NCBI GenBank assembly: GCA_964608725.1
Contig: CAZSPB010000001.1
Location: 43,696 to 107,695 of the forward strand
DNA length: 64,000 nucleotides
Source of the DNA: an uncultured archaeon
Lineage (GTDB): Archaea; Aenigmatarchaeota; Aenigmatarchaeia; Aenigmatarchaeales; Aenigmatarchaeaceae
Direction: 5' to 3'
Positions within the stretch are counted from its first letter, which is position 1; the number at the start of each line of letters is the position of its first letter. Below are positions 61,757 to 64,000 of the stretch, piece by piece. The notes beneath the pieces were generated by a model. It saw only the letters and a list, made by a program, of their open reading frames with translations. It was not told the DNA's origin and did not search any database. The position numbers and the translations under genes are program-made.

Positions 61757-62590
61757 TTAACCACCAACTCTTTCTTTTAATGTTTCAGCTTCAATTTTTG
61801 CTTTAGCTAACAAATCTTCTATTACTCCAGGTTCTATTAATTTAGCTTCTATTCCTAAACTCTTAGCATTTAAAAATGCTTTAATTATCATAAAGTTAAT
61901 TGTCTCTTTAGTAGGATAATTAGAATTTAAAGATAAATTAAACGCATTTTGTACTCCTTTTGAAATTTTCATCAAAATTTCTTCTTCATTTACAAATAGT
62001 TGTTCTTTCGTGTAAATTGAACCATTTTCCATCATCGCTAGCACATTTAACCCAACTTCAATTGGTTTAATTTTGAGTAGTTGCAAAGCAGATGCTAACT
62101 CCAATGATATTTTTTCCCCAGCTTTGCAAACAACTTTATCCTTCATAATTGCTATTTTCCCTGCTTGAACTTTAGCTGGTATTCCAACTTTTGTTAAAGT
62201 TGAAATTGCTGGGCCAGGAGGTAAATCAGTAGAACCAGCTTTTACTTCTATATCTTTCGTTGCTATATCTCCAGGTTTTGCTGAAACGTAAGACTTCATC
62301 TTTTGTAAGAGAAGACAAAGTTTAAAAGGATTCATATTTGTTAAAATGAGAGCTGGATATTCTTTAACGTAGTTCTTTAAATTATCTTTTCCTACTTTTT
62401 CTAATGCGAATAGAATAGTGCTCTTTTTAGCAACTTTTATTAAAGCTTTATCTTTTAATTCTCTCTTCAATTTTTGTAAAGCAGAAGTTGGAGTTTTATG
62501 TAAGTTTAAAATGCCTATTACAGAATATTTTTTAATCAAGTTTGCTAATTCTTCAACTTTTTTTATTTTTTCAGGTTTAACTTTAGACAT
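61757..62590 (-). CDS. rplP0: Ribosomal protein uL10/P0
   Basis: NPFKL, AKPGDIA, GSTDLPPGP, LKIKPIEVGL. Confidence 0.92.
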   Translation of the reverse strand: MSKVKPEKIKKVEELANLIKKYSVIGILNLHKTPTSALQKLKRELKDKALIKVAKKSTILFALEKVGKDNLKNYVKEYPALILTNMNPFKLCLLLQKMKSYVSAKPGDIATKDIEVKAGSTDLPPGPAISTLTKVGIPAKVQAGKIAIMKDKVVCKAGEKISLELASALQLLKIKPIEVGLNVLAMMENGSIYTKEQLFVNEEEILMKISKGVQNAFNLSLNSNYPTKETINFMIIKAFLNAKSLGIEAKLIEPGVIEDLLAKAKIEAETLKERVGG

Positions 62591-63224
62591 TTTTAACCCT
62601 CACACTTTTTCCCATAGTCAATTTTATGACAATATCTTTAATTTGCTCTTTACCTTTTGGCAAAAGTGAGATAATAGTGTTTAGTGCAGCTTCAATATTT
62701 TCTGCAACTTCTTCATCTTTCATATCTTCTGTACCGACAGGCAAATGTATTACAGGAGAATTTTTTAGCTGCACTCTAATAGTTTTCTTTTTCCTTTCAA
62801 CTACAGACTTTAAATCAACAGTTGGTGGAATTGGTGTTGGCATTAAATTTCTTGGTCCTAAGACTTGTCCTAAGAATCTACCTACTAAGGACATTAGCGG
62901 TGCTTCAGCCACAAAGTTTAAACATTTTTTTGCAATTTTTTTAACAGATTTTTTATCTTTTCCTAAACTTTCTATTTCATCTTTCCTTATTACTATCACA
63001 TCTTCTAAATTCTTTGCTTGAGGCAATAAAGTATCTGCAATAATTCCTATCGTAACTTTTTTACCTAGGCCATGAGGAAGGAAAATTTCAGCCTTTATTC
63101 TATTCTCTGGTTTTTTCAAATCTATATTTTTTAAGTTAATAGCAAGATCAAAAGTTTGTCTAAAATTTCTCTTCTTTGTATCTCTAGCTTTTTTAACTGC
63201 CTCTAGTATTTTTTCATTAACCAT
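62583..63224 (-). CDS. rpl1: Ribosomal protein uL1
   Basis: RNFRQTFDL.INLK, LPHG, LGPR..MP, KLTMG. Confidence 0.93.
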   Translation of the reverse strand: MVNEKILEAVKKARDTKKRNFRQTFDLAINLKNIDLKKPENRIKAEIFLPHGLGKKVTIGIIADTLLPQAKNLEDVIVIRKDEIESLGKDKKSVKKIAKKCLNFVAEAPLMSLVGRFLGQVLGPRNLMPTPIPPTVDLKSVVERKKKTIRVQLKNSPVIHLPVGTEDMKDEEVAENIEAALNTIISLLPKGKEQIKDIVIKLTMGKSVRVKNV

Positions 63225-63246
63225 ATAAAACACTTGCGCACCATGC

Positions 63247-63262
63247 TACTGCCGAAGCAGTA
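63247..63262 (-). promoter_or_regulatory. UUCG-capped hairpin in rpl1 5' leader
   Basis: Minus strand TACTGC-TTCG-GCAGTA. Confidence 0.5.
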
Positions 63263-63293
63263 CTAAATACTTTGAAGAAATACATTTAAATAT

Positions 63294-63707
63294 TTATTCC
63301 CTAGATTCCAAAGTTTCTATTCTACTTTCTAATTCCTTTAAAGAATCAGCTAGTTTTCTTCCAAACTCATTCAAATTTTCCTCCAATTTTCTAGTTTTTT
63401 CATTTATCTCATTTAAAGTTTTTTCTGTACTTTCTTTCTGCTTTTTCATCTCACTTTTCATATTCATAAGTGAAAGCTCAGTGCTTATATTTCTTAATAT
63501 AATTGAGCAAAGCTTTTCTATGTTTTCTAATTTTGAAGTTAGTTTATCATTTTCTTTAACTTCTTTCTTTTCCAAACTCATTCCAAGAATTATTAAGTTT
63601 AAAGTTAGCAAAACTATTACGATCTCAGAAGAAAATTTTACTAATTGAAATGAGGCAATAAGTATTGTTATTACTATTAAAATCCAGAAAATCACTTTAT
63701 AGTTCAT
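63294..63707 (-). CDS. Membrane-anchored coiled-coil protein
   Basis: Two TMs then heptad-rich tail. Confidence 0.6.
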   Translation of the reverse strand: MNYKVIFWILIVITILIASFQLVKFSSEIVIVLLTLNLIILGMSLEKKEVKENDKLTSKLENIEKLCSIILRNISTELSLMNMKSEMKKQKESTEKTLNEINEKTRKLEENLNEFGRKLADSLKELESRIETLESRE

Positions 63708-63739
63708 GAAAATATTCTCTCGCTAAATAATTAATTGTT

Positions 63740-64000
63740 TTAGCTTTTCTTCCTTTTAAATAGATTTATTACTTTACTCCAAAACGTTGGCCTCTTGTAA
63801 GTAGCACCAACGAGCCTAGCGGCAATTTCAAAGAATGCTTGACTTGCTGGAGAGTTTTCTTTTAAAATTGTTACTAATGTTTTTTTATTTACGCTTTTTA
63901 ACACATTTTCATCTTCAGGAACAATGCCAATTATTGGGAGGCCTGTGAACTCTCTTATTTCAGTAGAATTTATTTCATATGGTTTATTTCTTGTTCTGTT
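63740..64000 (-). CDS. minD: MinD-like ATPase, C-terminal part (partial)
   Basis: NR...GIVPEDENV..S...SPASQAFFEIAARL and amphipathic FWSKVINLF tail; manual translation. Confidence 0.75.
   Translation of the reverse strand, partial: NRTRNKPYEINSTEIREFTGLPIIGIVPEDENVLKSVNKKTLVTILKENSPASQAFFEIAARLVGATYKRPTFWSKVINLFKRKKS

Noticed and set aside
1286-63021. Many short antisense ORFs in the track (e.g. 49173-49781, 21662-22090, 27491-27907)
   Set aside because: Shadows of well-supported genes with F/S/L/I-rich antisense composition

Overview
Low-GC archaeal chromosomal segment, probably DPANN-like (Aenigmarchaeota-like by gene content; inference). It carries a likely replication origin (ORB-like boxes upstream of cdc6), then a degenerate PolD-DP1 homologue and a PolB whose C-terminus has a DP2-type zinc finger. 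Housekeeping genes include secDF, dnaG, tldDE, nrdR-nrdJ (with an NrdR box), radA, RPA, a histone, cbiMQO, trxA/trxB, tRNA-Gln(CTG), alaS, rpl1/rpl10/rpl12 and a partial minD. There is also a CysD/AlkP/flippase cluster and a DUF134/DUF5320/NifX/COG1149 cluster. Most unusual items: (1) the PolB-ZnF plus inactive DP1 pair, which parallels eukaryotic Pol/B-subunit architecture; (2) an HTH + ATP-cone + catalytically dead NrdD fusion; (3) a helically phased TTCACGTGAA palindrome array between a wHTH gene and an AAA+-wHTH gene, with the motif echoed at oriC; (4) a wHTH pair next to the histone gene, enclosed by mirror-arranged repeats; (5) a TFB with a long N-terminal repeat extension. All family calls are by eye from motifs; no database searches were run.
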